A stretch of 64,000 nt of DNA from Alphaproteobacteria bacterium (GTDB lineage: Bacteria; Pseudomonadota; Alphaproteobacteria; JAAXGF01). The DNA is taken from assembly GCA_963555825.3 (NCBI GenBank), contig CAUVXB020000001.1, positions 480,001 through 544,000 on the forward strand, in the 5' to 3' direction. The translations under genes were made by a program, and so were the position numbers. Position 1 is the first letter of the stretch; each line of letters begins with the position of its first letter. Below are positions 40,643-51,203 of this stretch, piece by piece. The notes beneath the pieces are model-generated. The model had not been told where the DNA came from. It ran no database searches and worked only from the letters and a program-made list of their open reading frames with translations.

Positions 40643-41644
40643 ATGCAGCTCTCCCGATTTCCGCGTGTCCGGCTCGCCCATCTGCCGACGCCGCTCGAAC
40701 CGCTCGCCGCGCTGACCAAGCATCTCGGCGGCCCGCGCATCTATGTCAAACGCGACGACTGCACGGGCCTCGCGCTGGGCGGCAACAAGACGCGCAAGCT
40801 CGAGTTCCTGATGGCCGATGTCTTGGCCGAGGGCGCCGACACGGTGATCACCTGCGGCGGCGCGCAGTCGAACCACGTGCGCCAGACCGCGGCCGCGGCG
40901 GCCAAGCTGGGTCTCAAATGTGCGCTCATCCAGCAGCAGGCGGACCCATGGGACGAGCCGGGCTTCACCGAGACCGGCAACATGCTGCTCGACCGCCTGC
41001 TCGGCGCCTCGTCGCATCCGGTGGCGACCGAGAACGACCGGGCGGCCGGCATGGAAGCGCTGGCCGAGGAACTGCGCGGCCAGGGCGCCAAGCCCTATGT
41101 CATTCCGGGCGGCGGATCGAACGCGCTCGGCGGGCTCGGCTATGTCGGCTGTGCACTCGAGATCATCGAACAGGCCAACGCGATGGACATCGCCGTCGAT
41201 GCCATTGTGCTGGCGACCGGCGGCGGCGGCACCCAGGGCGGGCTGGTTGCCGGGCTGGTCGGCGCCAACAGCGGCATCCGGGCGATCGGCATTGACATCG
41301 ACGCCGAGGGCGACGCGGTCGCCGACCGGGTCCACGCGGTCGCGCAAGGCAGCGCCGAGCTGCTCGGCATTCGGGGCGGCGTGCCGCGCGACGACATCGT
41401 CGTCGAGTACGGCTACGCGGGCGAGGCCTATGGCGTGCCGACCCCCGGGATGGTCGAGGCGGTCAAGCTGCTGGCGCGCATCGAGGGGCTGATCCTCGAC
41501 CCGTCATACACCGGCAAGGCGATGGCCGGGCTGATCGATCTGGTGGCCAAGGGGCGTTTCACGAAATCCGACACGGTGGTCTTCATCCACACCGGCGGTA
41601 TGCCGGCGTTGTTCGCCTACCGCTCGGTCTTCGACGAGAGTTAG
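40643..41644 (+). CDS. D-cysteine desulfhydrase / cysteate sulfo-lyase family PLP enzyme
   Basis: KRDD..GGNKTRKLE, QSNH, LDPSYTGKA, HTGG. Confidence 0.9.
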   Translation: MQLSRFPRVRLAHLPTPLEPLAALTKHLGGPRIYVKRDDCTGLALGGNKTRKLEFLMADVLAEGADTVITCGGAQSNHVRQTAAAAAKLGLKCALIQQQADPWDEPGFTETGNMLLDRLLGASSHPVATENDRAAGMEALAEELRGQGAKPYVIPGGGSNALGGLGYVGCALEIIEQANAMDIAVDAIVLATGGGGTQGGLVAGLVGANSGIRAIGIDIDAEGDAVADRVHAVAQGSAELLGIRGGVPRDDIVVEYGYAGEAYGVPTPGMVEAVKLLARIEGLILDPSYTGKAMAGLIDLVAKGRFTKSDTVVFIHTGGMPALFAYRSVFDES

Positions 41645-41645
41645 C

Positions 41646-42488
41646 GTGCCGCTCGACGTCCGCCAATTGTCGCCGACGCTCGGCGCCGAGATCACCGGCG
41701 TCGACCTTGCCGGGCCGCTTTCCGACGACGACTTCGCGCGCATCCGGCAGGCGCATCTCGACCATTGCGTCGTGGTCTTCCCCGACCAGCATCTGACGCC
41801 CGTTGAGCACATCGCCTTCTCCCGGCGCTTCGGTGCGCTGCACATCCACATGCTCGAGCAGTATCTGATGGACGGCCACCCCGAGCTGCTGGTGCTGTCG
41901 AACGTCAAACGCGACGGCCGCGCGATCGGTATCGAGGACGCCGGGCGCTACTGGCATTCCGACGTGACCTACGAGGAAGTGCCGCCGCTCGGCTCGCTGC
42001 TCTACGGCGTCGAGGTGCCGCCCGCCGGCGGCGACACCTGGTTCGCCAACATGTACGCCGCCTAGGACGCGTTGGACGCAGCGATGAAGGCGCGCCTCGC
42101 GGGCCTGCGCGCCGTACACCGCTACAACATCGACCGCCAGCGCCGACAGCGAGGCGCAATCAAGATCACCGAGGAACAGGCGGCCAGGATCGACGAGGTC
42201 GCACACCCCGTCGTGCGCACCCATCCCGAGACCGGGCGCAAGGCGCTGTACGTCAACCCGGGTTTCACCATCGGCATCGACGGCATGGCCGAGTCAGAGA
42301 GCACCGCGTTGCTCACTCAACTGTTCGGCCACATGGACGATCCGGCGTTCCACTACCGCCACGTCTGGCGGCCGCGCGACCTGGTGTTCTGGGACAACCG
42401 CTGCGTCATGCACCGCGCGACTGACTACGACCCGGACCACACCCGCCACATGCTGCGCACCACCGTTGCGGGCGACCGGCCGTTCTAA
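41646..42488 (+). pseudogene. TauD-family dioxygenase with one in-frame TAG (42063-42065)
   Basis: WHSD...MYAA*DAL...HPETGRKALY, WDNRCVMH, all in one frame. Confidence 0.85.
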
Positions 42489-42585
42489 GTTCGATCGGCA
42501 ATCAGGCACCACAAAACCGTCAACCTCATAATGGTGTCTGACATCTTTCCGAGCTATTCCAAAAGGGACTGTTTCGAGGCACCAC

Positions 42586-45006
42586 TCAACCGCGCAGTCG
42601 AGCGCCCTCCGGGTCGAACGGCGCTTCGTTCAGCAGCCGCGCCCGGTGGGGCAGGCCGAGGATGGCGACATCGTATGCGCCGCCCGCCTCGATATGGTCG
42701 TTCGCAATGACGCCCAGCGCCAGCGACTTGCCGACGGTATGGCCATAGGCGCCCGAGGTCACCTGGCCGACCGGCGTGCCATCGGGCAAAAAGATCGGCT
42801 CGCCGCCAGAGGCGTCGGCGGTGGTCGCGTCGACATCCAGCATGACGAGCCGGTAACGCGGCGTCTCGTCCTTGATCGCGAAATAGGCGTCGCGGCCGAG
42901 AAACTCGGGCTTGTCGAGCTTGATCAGACGGTCGAGGCCGACCTCCTGCGGCCAGTACTCGGGCGAATATTCGCGGCCCCAGCTGCCATAGCCCTTCTCG
43001 ATGCGCAGGGAGAGCAGCGAGCGGCCGCCGACCGGGCGGACGCCGAGATCGGCGCCGGTCTCCAGCAGCGCGTCCAAGAGAGCGACCTGATCGGCTTCGT
43101 CGACATAGACCTCCCAGCCGAGATCGCCGGTGAACGACACCCGAACGGCGACCGCGTCGATACCCGCGACCGTCATGCGGCGCGCGCGCATGAAGCGGAA
43201 GCCGTCGTTCGTGAGGTCCTCGTTGGTCAGCCGTTGCAGCAATTCGCGCGATTTCGGCCCGGCGACGTTGAAGCCGGCGCAGGCGTCGGTCAGCGAGCGC
43301 ATCGTCACGCCGTCGGGTTTCTCGACCATGTTGAAGAAGCGCGCATGGTAGCGTTCGGCCATGCCCGAGCCGATCATCCTGAAGTCGTCTTCGCCGAGCT
43401 TGGAGATGGTGAAGTCGCCGGCGATGCCGCCGCGCACGCCCAACAGCGGCGTCAGGCAGGTCCGCCCGACCTCCTTGGGCACATGGTTGGCGACGACCCG
43501 GTCGAGCCAGTCGGCGGCGCCAGGCCCCACAACCTCGTATTTGGCGAAGTTCGAGACGTCGATGATGCCGACGCCGTCGCGCAGGGCGTGGCATTCGGCG
43601 GCCACCGCGTCGAACCAGCTCTGGCGCTCGAAGCCGTATGCGTCCTTCGGCTCGACACCCTCGCCGGCGAACCACAACGGGTGCTCCCAGCCGTAGTTGA
43701 GACCGAACACTGCGCCCAACGCCTTCTGGCGCGCGTACGCCGGCCGCATCCGGGTCGGGCGTCCGGCGTCGCGCTCCTCATAGGGGAAGTGGATCTTGAA
43801 GCGGTGCGAGTAGCAGTCCAGCGCGCGCGCCTTGGTGAAGCTCTTGGTCGCCCAATCGCCGTAGCGCGCCAGGTCCCAGGGAAACAGATCGAGCTCCGGC
43901 TCGCCCTCGACGACCCACTGGGCGAGCAGCAGGCCGAGCCCGCCGGACTGGGAAAACCCGGGAATGATTCCGTTGCAGCAAAAATAGTTCCTGAGCTCGG
44001 GCACCGGGCCGAACAGCGCGGAGGAGTCGGGCGACCAGATCATCGGGCCGTTGATGACCCGCTTGATGCCGGCATCGGCCAGCACGGGGACGCGCGCGCA
44101 GGCGCGTTCCACGTAGTCCGCGATGCGGTCGAGATCGTCGGGCAGCAGTTCGTGGCCGAAATCCATCGGCGTGCCGTCCTCGGCCCAGAACCGCCCGTCG
44201 CGCTCATAGGCGCCGACCAGCAGGCCGAGACCTTCCTGGCGCAAGTAGTATTCGCCGTCGCGATCGGCGAGCGACGGCAGGCGGCTGCCGTGCTCGGCGA
44301 TTTCGGGGATCGTCTCGGTGACGAAATACTGATGCTCCATGGTCATCAGCGGCAGCTCGAAGCCGGCCATCGCGGCGACCTCGCGCGCCCAAAGACCGGC
44401 CGCGTTGACGACCACCTCGGCGTGGATGGTTCCGGCGGGGGTCGCGACGTCCCAGCCGCCGTCCGCTCGCTGGGTCGTCGCCGTCACCGGTGTGAAGCGG
44501 TGAATTTCGGCGCCCATCGCGCGCGCGCCCTGGGCGTAGGCGTGGGTGACGCCCGAGGGATCGACATTGCCGCCGTCGGGCTCGAACATGATGCAGCGGG
44601 TGCCGTCGAAATCGACCAGCGGGTGAAGCGCTTCGGCTTCGCGGCGGCTCACCTCATGGAATTCGACGTCGAAGTACTTCGCCTTGGCGACCTGGAGGCG
44701 AAGCTGGTGCTCGCGATCCGGCGTCTGGGCCATGTACAACATGCCCGGCTGATAGATGCCGCAGCTTTGGCCGGTTTCGCGCTCCAGCTCGGCGTAGAGC
44801 TTCATCGTGTAGTACTGCAGCTTCGACAGGTTGTTGTTGTCGTTCAGCCCGTGGATGCCCGCCGCGGCGTGCCAGGTCGAACCCGACGTCAACTCGTCGC
44901 GTTCCAACAGAACGACATCCTTCCAGCCCAGCTTGGCGAGGTGGTAGAGGATGCTGCAGCCGACCAAACCGCCGCCGATGACGACCGCCTGCGCGTGGCT
45001 TTTCAT
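42586..45006 (-). CDS. dimethylglycine-dehydrogenase-like FAD/GcvT protein
   Basis: GGGLVG, SGSTWHAAA, RVSFTGDLGWE, LRIEKGY. Confidence 0.88.
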   Translation of the reverse strand: MKSHAQAVVIGGGLVGCSILYHLAKLGWKDVVLLERDELTSGSTWHAAAGIHGLNDNNNLSKLQYYTMKLYAELERETGQSCGIYQPGMLYMAQTPDREHQLRLQVAKAKYFDVEFHEVSRREAEALHPLVDFDGTRCIMFEPDGGNVDPSGVTHAYAQGARAMGAEIHRFTPVTATTQRADGGWDVATPAGTIHAEVVVNAAGLWAREVAAMAGFELPLMTMEHQYFVTETIPEIAEHGSRLPSLADRDGEYYLRQEGLGLLVGAYERDGRFWAEDGTPMDFGHELLPDDLDRIADYVERACARVPVLADAGIKRVINGPMIWSPDSSALFGPVPELRNYFCCNGIIPGFSQSGGLGLLLAQWVVEGEPELDLFPWDLARYGDWATKSFTKARALDCYSHRFKIHFPYEERDAGRPTRMRPAYARQKALGAVFGLNYGWEHPLWFAGEGVEPKDAYGFERQSWFDAVAAECHALRDGVGIIDVSNFAKYEVVGPGAADWLDRVVANHVPKEVGRTCLTPLLGVRGGIAGDFTISKLGEDDFRMIGSGMAERYHARFFNMVEKPDGVTMRSLTDACAGFNVAGPKSRELLQRLTNEDLTNDGFRFMRARRMTVAGIDAVAVRVSFTGDLGWEVYVDEADQVALLDALLETGADLGVRPVGGRSLLSLRIEKGYGSWGREYSPEYWPQEVGLDRLIKLDKPEFLGRDAYFAIKDETPRYRLVMLDVDATTADASGGEPIFLPDGTPVGQVTSGAYGHTVGKSLALGVIANDHIEAGGAYDVAILGLPHRARLLNEAPFDPEGARLRG

Positions 45007-45128
45007 GTGGTTGATTTCCTGGCTCGCACCATCTCGAGGCCGAGCACCTCGCCCCAGAACCGCGACGTGGCGGCGAGATCGGGCGTGTAGAGAAAGATGA
45101 TCTGTTCGCTGATCGGCGGGTGGCTCAT
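45003..45128 (-). pseudogene. VOC/glyoxalase N-terminal remnant
   Basis: IIFLYTPDLAATSRFWGEVLGL. Confidence 0.55.
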
Positions 45129-45219
45129 GGCGTGTGTCCTGGGTGACGGGGTATCGCTTCGGTGGCGCGACACTACAAGTCGGGCCCGAGACGGCGCAAG
45201 CGCCGGCGGGTGGCGGCGT

Positions 45220-45843
45220 TCAGCTCTCCTTGAGCTGTTCCTCCAGCTCCGCCACCGCGCCGTCGCGGCGGTGGTAGCCCATCTTCTCGACCATCTCCTT
45301 GGCCTTCGCCCAATGCTCGCGTGCCTTGGGCTGATCGCCCATCGCGACATACAGCCGCGCGTACTCCAAATGCTCGTCGGCTTGGTGCAGCCGCATCCCC
45401 CCGCGCTCGGCGATCAGCATAGCTTCATTGAGGTCCCACCGCGCCTGGTCGAAATCACCCCGCACCCGATGCAACGTCGCCCGCGTCAAGAGGCCACGGG
45501 GTAGCTCATGCTGTATGCCTGCCTGCGGGATGCCGACCACAGCCTCGTCCAAGTGCTCGGCAGCCTTCGAGAAATCGCCTATGCCTTGTTCCTGCGCCTC
45601 AGCTAAATGGGCGCGCCCCAGCGTCAGATGATCCAGCGCGATGTCTATGAGGCTGCCACCAAATTTTACTTCTAATTCCAGCGTCTGACTGGCTCGCTTT
45701 TGCACCTCTTGGTGCCTCCCCCGCTCCAGAAGCAGGTCGCAGTACTGAAAGCCTCGTAACGAATAGAGGAATCGAAACCTCGGCTGCAGCTCTTTTTGAA
45801 TCACCTCGGCCTCGCGAAAGAGTTCTTCGGCTTCGGCTGCACG
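45220..45843 (-). pseudogene. TPR-like C-terminal remnant of a large (STAND-type?) protein, cut at an IS256 end
   Basis: LYSLRGFQYCDLLL...IALDHLTLGRA...MRLHQAD; frame open up to the IS junction. Confidence 0.65.
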
Positions 45844-47150
45844 GAGCTATAACCGAATCTTGACGGGGCGGTAAAAAGTTGTTGGCCGATGGCGTGCTTG
45901 TACAGGTCTTTGCGGTTCGGTGAAGAATATTTGCCTGTCTCCGCGTTGCTGGTGGATAAAACCTGATATTACCTACCCTTGGCTTCTCCTTGGCTTCGTT
46001 TTTTATGGTGCGATTGCCGCGCAGCGTCGGATATTGAGGCCGAGGGCACGCAGATTGACCACGTAGCGCATGGCCGGCATGCCGCGAATGCGTAGGTGAG
46101 CCAGGTTCATCTGGTACTTTAATCGCGACATGGTCGCTTCTATGCCGGCCCGCCATCTGTAGACGTTGCGGAAGGCATCGCTTTGTTCATAAAGCCGGCG
46201 CTTTTGGTTGGCAGCCCTGGCCGGGGTATATTGAAAGCGGGAAAATTGGCCGTCACGCTTGGCCGCCTGCACGGGACATCGCAGTATATCGGGACATTTT
46301 TGGCAGATGGAGAGGTCGAAACGGGCCTGCAGCTTGGCTTTGGCGAGCGAGGCTGAAACCGGTTCGACGTTATTGGGACAGCGCAAGACCAAGCCTTCTT
46401 CGTTGAGAGTGAAATCCTCCAACGTCAACCGTCCCGAGACGGCGCCTTTCGGCGGTCGTGCGGGCGCCACGAGATTGATGTTCTGTTCGCGCGTCAGAGC
46501 CATGTTGTCACTGGAACCGTAATGTGAATCACCCAGCATCACCGCCGGCGTCAGCGCGCGCTCGCTCAGATCATCCAGCGCATCGGCTAAGCGATGGCCG
46601 TCATGCACCGTCATCTTGTGGACCTCCACGTGGGTGATGAGGTCCGGTGTCGCGGCAACCGCCTCGTTACTGACATCTTCACAATAGGTTTCGACGATCT
46701 GCGCCATGTATCCTTGACCCTTGTGCGCGTTGTAGCTCGCGTCCGGGTCGGCCGGATTGCCGACGGTATCGCACGGCACATCCTTTGGATCTCGAATCGC
46801 GGCGCGCGTTGCGTCACGATCGCCATACTCATCATCAACGATCTCGAACTGATCGCGCAGAACCCTCTCCAGGATCGCAAAACTGAAAAGCTTTGCCGCC
46901 GCCGTGTCACGGAATTGCAGCACCAGGGCTAGGAGATACTGACCCGCTTCGCCGAGGCGCCGTTTTGAAACACTCGGCGCCGTATTCGCGAACGCGCCAT
47001 TACCCTCGCGATCGACATAGCGGCGGATCACCTCCTTGCTGATCTGCTCGTGCAGACCGGGATGATATCGCTCAAGCTCACGGGCAAACTTCGAGATGCT
47101 CTCAACAACGATACCTGTATCGCACCCGGTTCCTTGGACACAAGTTTGTC

Positions 47151-48062
47151 TCATGCGGCGGGCCTGAGTGACATCGCGGTGTGCCACGCCTGACGAGCTT
47201 GAGCGGGGCTCAGGTAGCCGTTCTTCTCCACGATCCACTGGGCATTGTACTGTTCGACGAACCCGCGGACGGCGTTCCGCAGCTCCGCGATGTTGCGGTA
47301 GATGCGGCCATGGATGATCTGTTCCTTGAGCGTGCGATTGAACCTCTCGGCGACGCCGTTGGTCTGGGGCTGTTCGACGAAGGCGTAGGACGGCTGGATG
47401 CCCCAGAACTTGATCTGGTTGGTGAAGTGGTCCGACAGATACTGGGAGCCGTGATCCATCCGCAAGGCCAGCCCCCGCGCCGCACCGGCGGAGGTCGAGG
47501 CATACAGCCTCGCAAGCCCCATGGAGATCGGCTGAAGGGCGGCGAAGCGGTCGCCTCGCTTGCACACATGCCAGCCGACGCACTCGGCGTTCCAATGCTC
47601 GATGGCGGTGAATATCCAGCCCCAGCCGTCGTCCACCGTGAACACCCGAACGCCGTCCGTGCCCCACATGAGGTTGGGGGCATGGGTGATGATCTCACCG
47701 ACATGGGGATTTCCGCCACGGCGGCGGCAGCGATGGGGCGAGAGCAGGTTGTTCTCGCGCATCACCCGGAGCCCCCGCTTGCGGGAAACACGGATGCCAC
47801 GACAGACCCGAAGCCGAGCCCAGACCTTGCGGTGTCCCTCGCCCTCCCAGGGGGATGCCTCCAGGTCGGCCTCGATGGCCACCAGCAGAGCCTCGTCCGA
47901 GATCGAGGGCTTCGGTCCCCGGCGCTTTGCTGGTGGGCGCTCAGCGGTGGCCTGCTGCCGGGATTTCATGGCGTAGAACGAGGAACGGGCAAAACCCCAG
48001 GCCGCACAGACCCGCTGGAGGCCGTAGGCCAAACCCGTGCCGGGAGAGGTGGCGGCACTCAT
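47151..48062 (-). CDS. IS3-like OrfB transposase
   Basis: Same protein as 18574-19485. Confidence 0.9.
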   Translation of the reverse strand: MSAATSPGTGLAYGLQRVCAAWGFARSSFYAMKSRQQATAERPPAKRRGPKPSISDEALLVAIEADLEASPWEGEGHRKVWARLRVCRGIRVSRKRGLRVMRENNLLSPHRCRRRGGNPHVGEIITHAPNLMWGTDGVRVFTVDDGWGWIFTAIEHWNAECVGWHVCKRGDRFAALQPISMGLARLYASTSAGAARGLALRMDHGSQYLSDHFTNQIKFWGIQPSYAFVEQPQTNGVAERFNRTLKEQIIHGRIYRNIAELRNAVRGFVEQYNAQWIVEKNGYLSPAQARQAWHTAMSLRPAA

Positions 48063-48469
48063 CGCCGCGACCTCCGCCGCCCCAAAGGGCCGGACGTCTC
48101 CGTCTTGGCCTCCAGCAGTTCCACCTGCATGATCAACTCCCCGATCCGCTTCATGGCGATGTCCAGTTCCGCCTTCACCGGATCGCCCTTGCGTTCCTTG
48201 AGCGAGGCATCGATCCCGGCGATCGCCTTCTCACGCCACTGCTCGAGCCGGAAAATCTCCACGCCCAACTGCCGCGACAAAAGTTCCACCGGCTCGCCAC
48301 GCAAAAGCCGCAGGGCAACCTCACGCTTGCGCGTCACCGTCCACCGCTGGCCAAGTCCCAGCGGGCCTGCCGGCGAAACCTGGCCCGGGGAAAACGTGGA
48401 CGAGCCAAGCTCGCCCTCGTTTACCACAGGCCCATCAACAGCAACTTTGTTCTCAAAATTGTCGGTCAT
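48059..48469 (-). CDS. IS3-like OrfA
   Basis: Same protein as 18167-18577. Confidence 0.8.
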   Translation of the reverse strand: MTDNFENKVAVDGPVVNEGELGSSTFSPGQVSPAGPLGLGQRWTVTRKREVALRLLRGEPVELLSRQLGVEIFRLEQWREKAIAGIDASLKERKGDPVKAELDIAMKRIGELIMQVELLEAKTETSGPLGRRRSRR

Positions 48470-49341
48470 GTTCCGGTCCTCCTTGGACACTTCGATTAAG
48501 CCAATTCTGTGTCCAAGGAAATCGGGTCCGACTCATCAACAACGATACCAAGTCGTGTCAGCGCCCGCATTGCCGAACGAAGGGCCGTCGAATCCATGCG
48601 TTGGTGGCTGGTATCGACAGAGAACCCCTGCACCAGCCGATCCGTCAAACACCGGAACAGCAATTCATCGAGACCTTGTTCGATAAACAGACGGCGATAG
48701 TTGCGCAGGGTTTTCTCACAGAAATAGCTGTCCGCTTCGCTGCGCACGTCCAAGGCATAGTGCCACGCCATATTGAAGGCCAGGGCCTCGACGGTCTCTG
48801 CATCGCTCAGATCGTGCAGCTGCTGCAAAAGCAAGACCCCGATGACAACGTGTAGATCCTTCGATGGTCGGCCCATGCGTTCATCAAGGTGACGGCAAAG
48901 ATCGTCAACCGGAAGTTCGACAAGCAGATGGTTCCGAAAAACCCCGGCCCAGGATTGCTCCATCAGGCGCCGACGTTTGTCCCCGAAATCGGACCAGCGA
49001 TCAAACAATTCCCCAGTCCGTCGGTCGCGTAAAGTAAACATGCACAATTATAATCCAGCCGACTCTCATGAGGAATCGACTTTTTACCGCCCCGTCAACT
49101 TTTGACAATAGCTCAGTCGCGGCATGAGGTACCCTGACCGCGGGGCGGCGCATCGCCGCGCTCAGCGGGGCGCGGGCAAGTGCGGTTGCTGGCAAGAAAC
49201 GCTAGCCGGGGTCGCGCGGCGTTCTTGGAAACCTGATGATCTCGGCGTCATGCGTGGCGGTCACCAACGGCGACGATTCCTCGGGCCCATCGTCATTCGA
49301 AAGCTCAGTCGCCTGCACAGCGGTCAGCGGAAGGACGTTAA

Positions 49342-50802
49342 CAGCCCGTTGATTAAGTGGCTTTTTCCGGCTCTCACTCCCAGATGAGGAATGCGGCGGC
49401 GAAAACCGTCTGGCCGCTTTGCGAGACCCCCAGTGCGACCAGCATGGCCCCGGTGGGCGTGAGCAGCACGAAAATACCGCCATATCCGCCCGCCACGGCC
49501 TCGCGCGGGGTGCCGGCGCCGATGAGTTGGCGCATCAGCAACGATAGGTTGTGGCCGGCGACGTGGAGCAGGTATCGCTTGTGCACGTTCTCGCGGCCCC
49601 GAAGCCAGGTCCGGCGCATGCCGCCGCGATCGAGGTTGTGGGCGAAGGAGCGCTCGACGATCTCGGCGCGCAGCTTGAAGGCTTGCTTGGCCACCCCCGA
49701 TAACAGCCGGGTCCGGTTGTTGGTGACCGCGCGCCGCGCCGCCTCGTCGCCGCGCCAGCGCGCGAAGCCCTTCTGCTTGGGCTCGGCGATCCGGGTCTTC
49801 CACGGGCCGTTGTCCAAGGCCTTCAAGACCGCCCGTGAGTGATAGCCTTTGTCGGTCACACATTCGGCCGGGTCCTCTGCCGTCGGCGCCGCGTCAACGC
49901 TCGCAAGGTTCTCCTTGGCCGTCTCCAACGTTTTGGGAAGCGTCGTCGTGTCGCCCTCGTCGGCCGGGTGCAGCTCGGCGGCCACCACCGCGCCGGTGTC
50001 CAGATCCACCGCGTGCTCGGGCTTGTAGGCCAGATGCGTCGTGCCGTCCTTCATCTTGGCGATCTTGGCCTCGGGGTCGCTCTTCGAAACCCAGTCCTCG
50101 TTGGAAAGCTTCTTGCCCTTGCGCTTGCGGTCCAGACGCGCCAGGTCCTCGGCCGTGGGCGTCTCGATGCCGCTCTCCCGGGCCAGGTGCTCCAGCATCT
50201 CCCGGTAGCCTTCACCCGTGTCGCGCCGCACGATGTTGCGCAGCGCCGCGTTGGCCTCCATGGTCGAGGCATCCACCCCGATGCGCTCGCCCTTCACCAG
50301 ACCCGCCTCGCCGATCAAGGCCAGAACCCAGTCGAAGACCGCCGCGTGGACTTCATGGGGCAGGCGCGCGCGGGTCTTCGACAGCCAGGAATGGTCCGGC
50401 ACCCGCTCACGGCTCCCCAGTCGCAGGAACTCCCGCAGCGACAGGGAATCCGAGCAACGCCACTCCAGACCGCGCTCTGAGTCGATGCCCTCGAAGTAGC
50501 CCACCAGGTGCATGCGGAAATAGCGCCCGGGCGGCACCGAGGGCGCGCCCATCCTGGCCGCGTAATAGGGCCGGCAGCTCGCCTCGGCAAAGGCGTCGAA
50601 GCCGCCCTCGATCAGCACCGACTGCAGGCGGTCGTAAAACACATGACCCGGCGAGCGCGGCATCTCCGCCCAGCCCACCATCAAGTCCCCCTGACGATCC
50701 TTCTGCTGTCCCATCGCCATCGGCGAATCCTCCGGTCAAATCAGAACATCAAAGAATCAGACCAGGCCGCTTGCGTCCAGTGCCGACTTCGTCAACGGGC
50801 TG
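49342..50802 (-). mobile_element. IS1182/IS5-like element (intact)
   Basis: IR CAGCCCGTTGA at both ends; TTAA TSD. Confidence 0.9.
49374..50720 (-). CDS. IS1182/IS5-like transposase
   Basis: GAPSVPPGRYFR, PDHSWLS, VDAS, TDKGY, VERSFAH. Confidence 0.92.
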   Translation of the reverse strand: MAMGQQKDRQGDLMVGWAEMPRSPGHVFYDRLQSVLIEGGFDAFAEASCRPYYAARMGAPSVPPGRYFRMHLVGYFEGIDSERGLEWRCSDSLSLREFLRLGSRERVPDHSWLSKTRARLPHEVHAAVFDWVLALIGEAGLVKGERIGVDASTMEANAALRNIVRRDTGEGYREMLEHLARESGIETPTAEDLARLDRKRKGKKLSNEDWVSKSDPEAKIAKMKDGTTHLAYKPEHAVDLDTGAVVAAELHPADEGDTTTLPKTLETAKENLASVDAAPTAEDPAECVTDKGYHSRAVLKALDNGPWKTRIAEPKQKGFARWRGDEAARRAVTNNRTRLLSGVAKQAFKLRAEIVERSFAHNLDRGGMRRTWLRGRENVHKRYLLHVAGHNLSLLMRQLIGAGTPREAVAGGYGGIFVLLTPTGAMLVALGVSQSGQTVFAAAFLIWE

Positions 50803-50974
50803 TTAAGGTTGCCTCTGCGCTTGAGCCGCCAAAGTCTGGATTCGGGGGCTTAGCAGACCGTGACAATAATCTTCAATGGGTAGTCTCGGCACTGATCATT
50901 GGCACACGCGATGCTCACCGGCCCGACATTGCTGCCAAATCAGCGAAGTTCGGTACAGGTTGATACGAGCCGGG

Positions 50975-51203
50975 GATTTGAACCTGCGGCAATTCCCTGA
51001 TACGTCGAATAAATACCCTGTTCTGCCTTTTGAATTCCCTGTTCCAATGTTTAGGGAATTTGCCGGTAACTGGCTGACAACATGCGGTAATCCGAAGCGT
51101 ACCGGCAAGCGTTCCCTGTTATTTTGCGAAATTTCCCTGTAAATCGGGGGTTATCAGGGAATTTGGCCAGAGACGGGTTCGCTCTAGACTGCGTCCACCG
51201 CCA
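50975..51203 (+). repeat. TTCCCTG-iterated non-coding element ending in a tRNA-3'-like motif
   Basis: About five direct (T)TCCCTG and two inverted AGGGAATTT motifs; ends GGTTCG...CCACCGCCA; partial copy at 26242-26376. Confidence 0.65.

Larger units (their letters stand above)
47116..48535 (-). mobile_element. IS3-like element, copy B
   Basis: Near-identical to 18101-19520; 14-bp TSD TCAACAACGATACC. Confidence 0.9.
45862..49096 (-). mobile_element. IS1182-like element, copy 3, interrupted by IS3-like copy B
   Basis: Both TIRs present; 3235 - 1420 - 14 = 1801 bp, the same length as copy 1. Confidence 0.92.
45844..49114. mobile_element. hollow IS256: two 18-bp IR tips enclosing only the IS1182-like element
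   Basis: GAGCTATAACCGAATCTT at 45844-45861 and AACTTTTGACAATAGCTC at 49097-49114. Confidence 0.8.

Noticed and set aside
42063-42065. Pyrrolysine or amber recoding
   Set aside because: TAG is a normal stop in many genes here, no pyl genes are present, and the position is a conserved Tyr one substitution away.
51165-51203. tRNA gene (also at 26340-26376)
   Set aside because: Only a T-loop-like GGTTCG and a CCA end; no cloverleaf can be built upstream.
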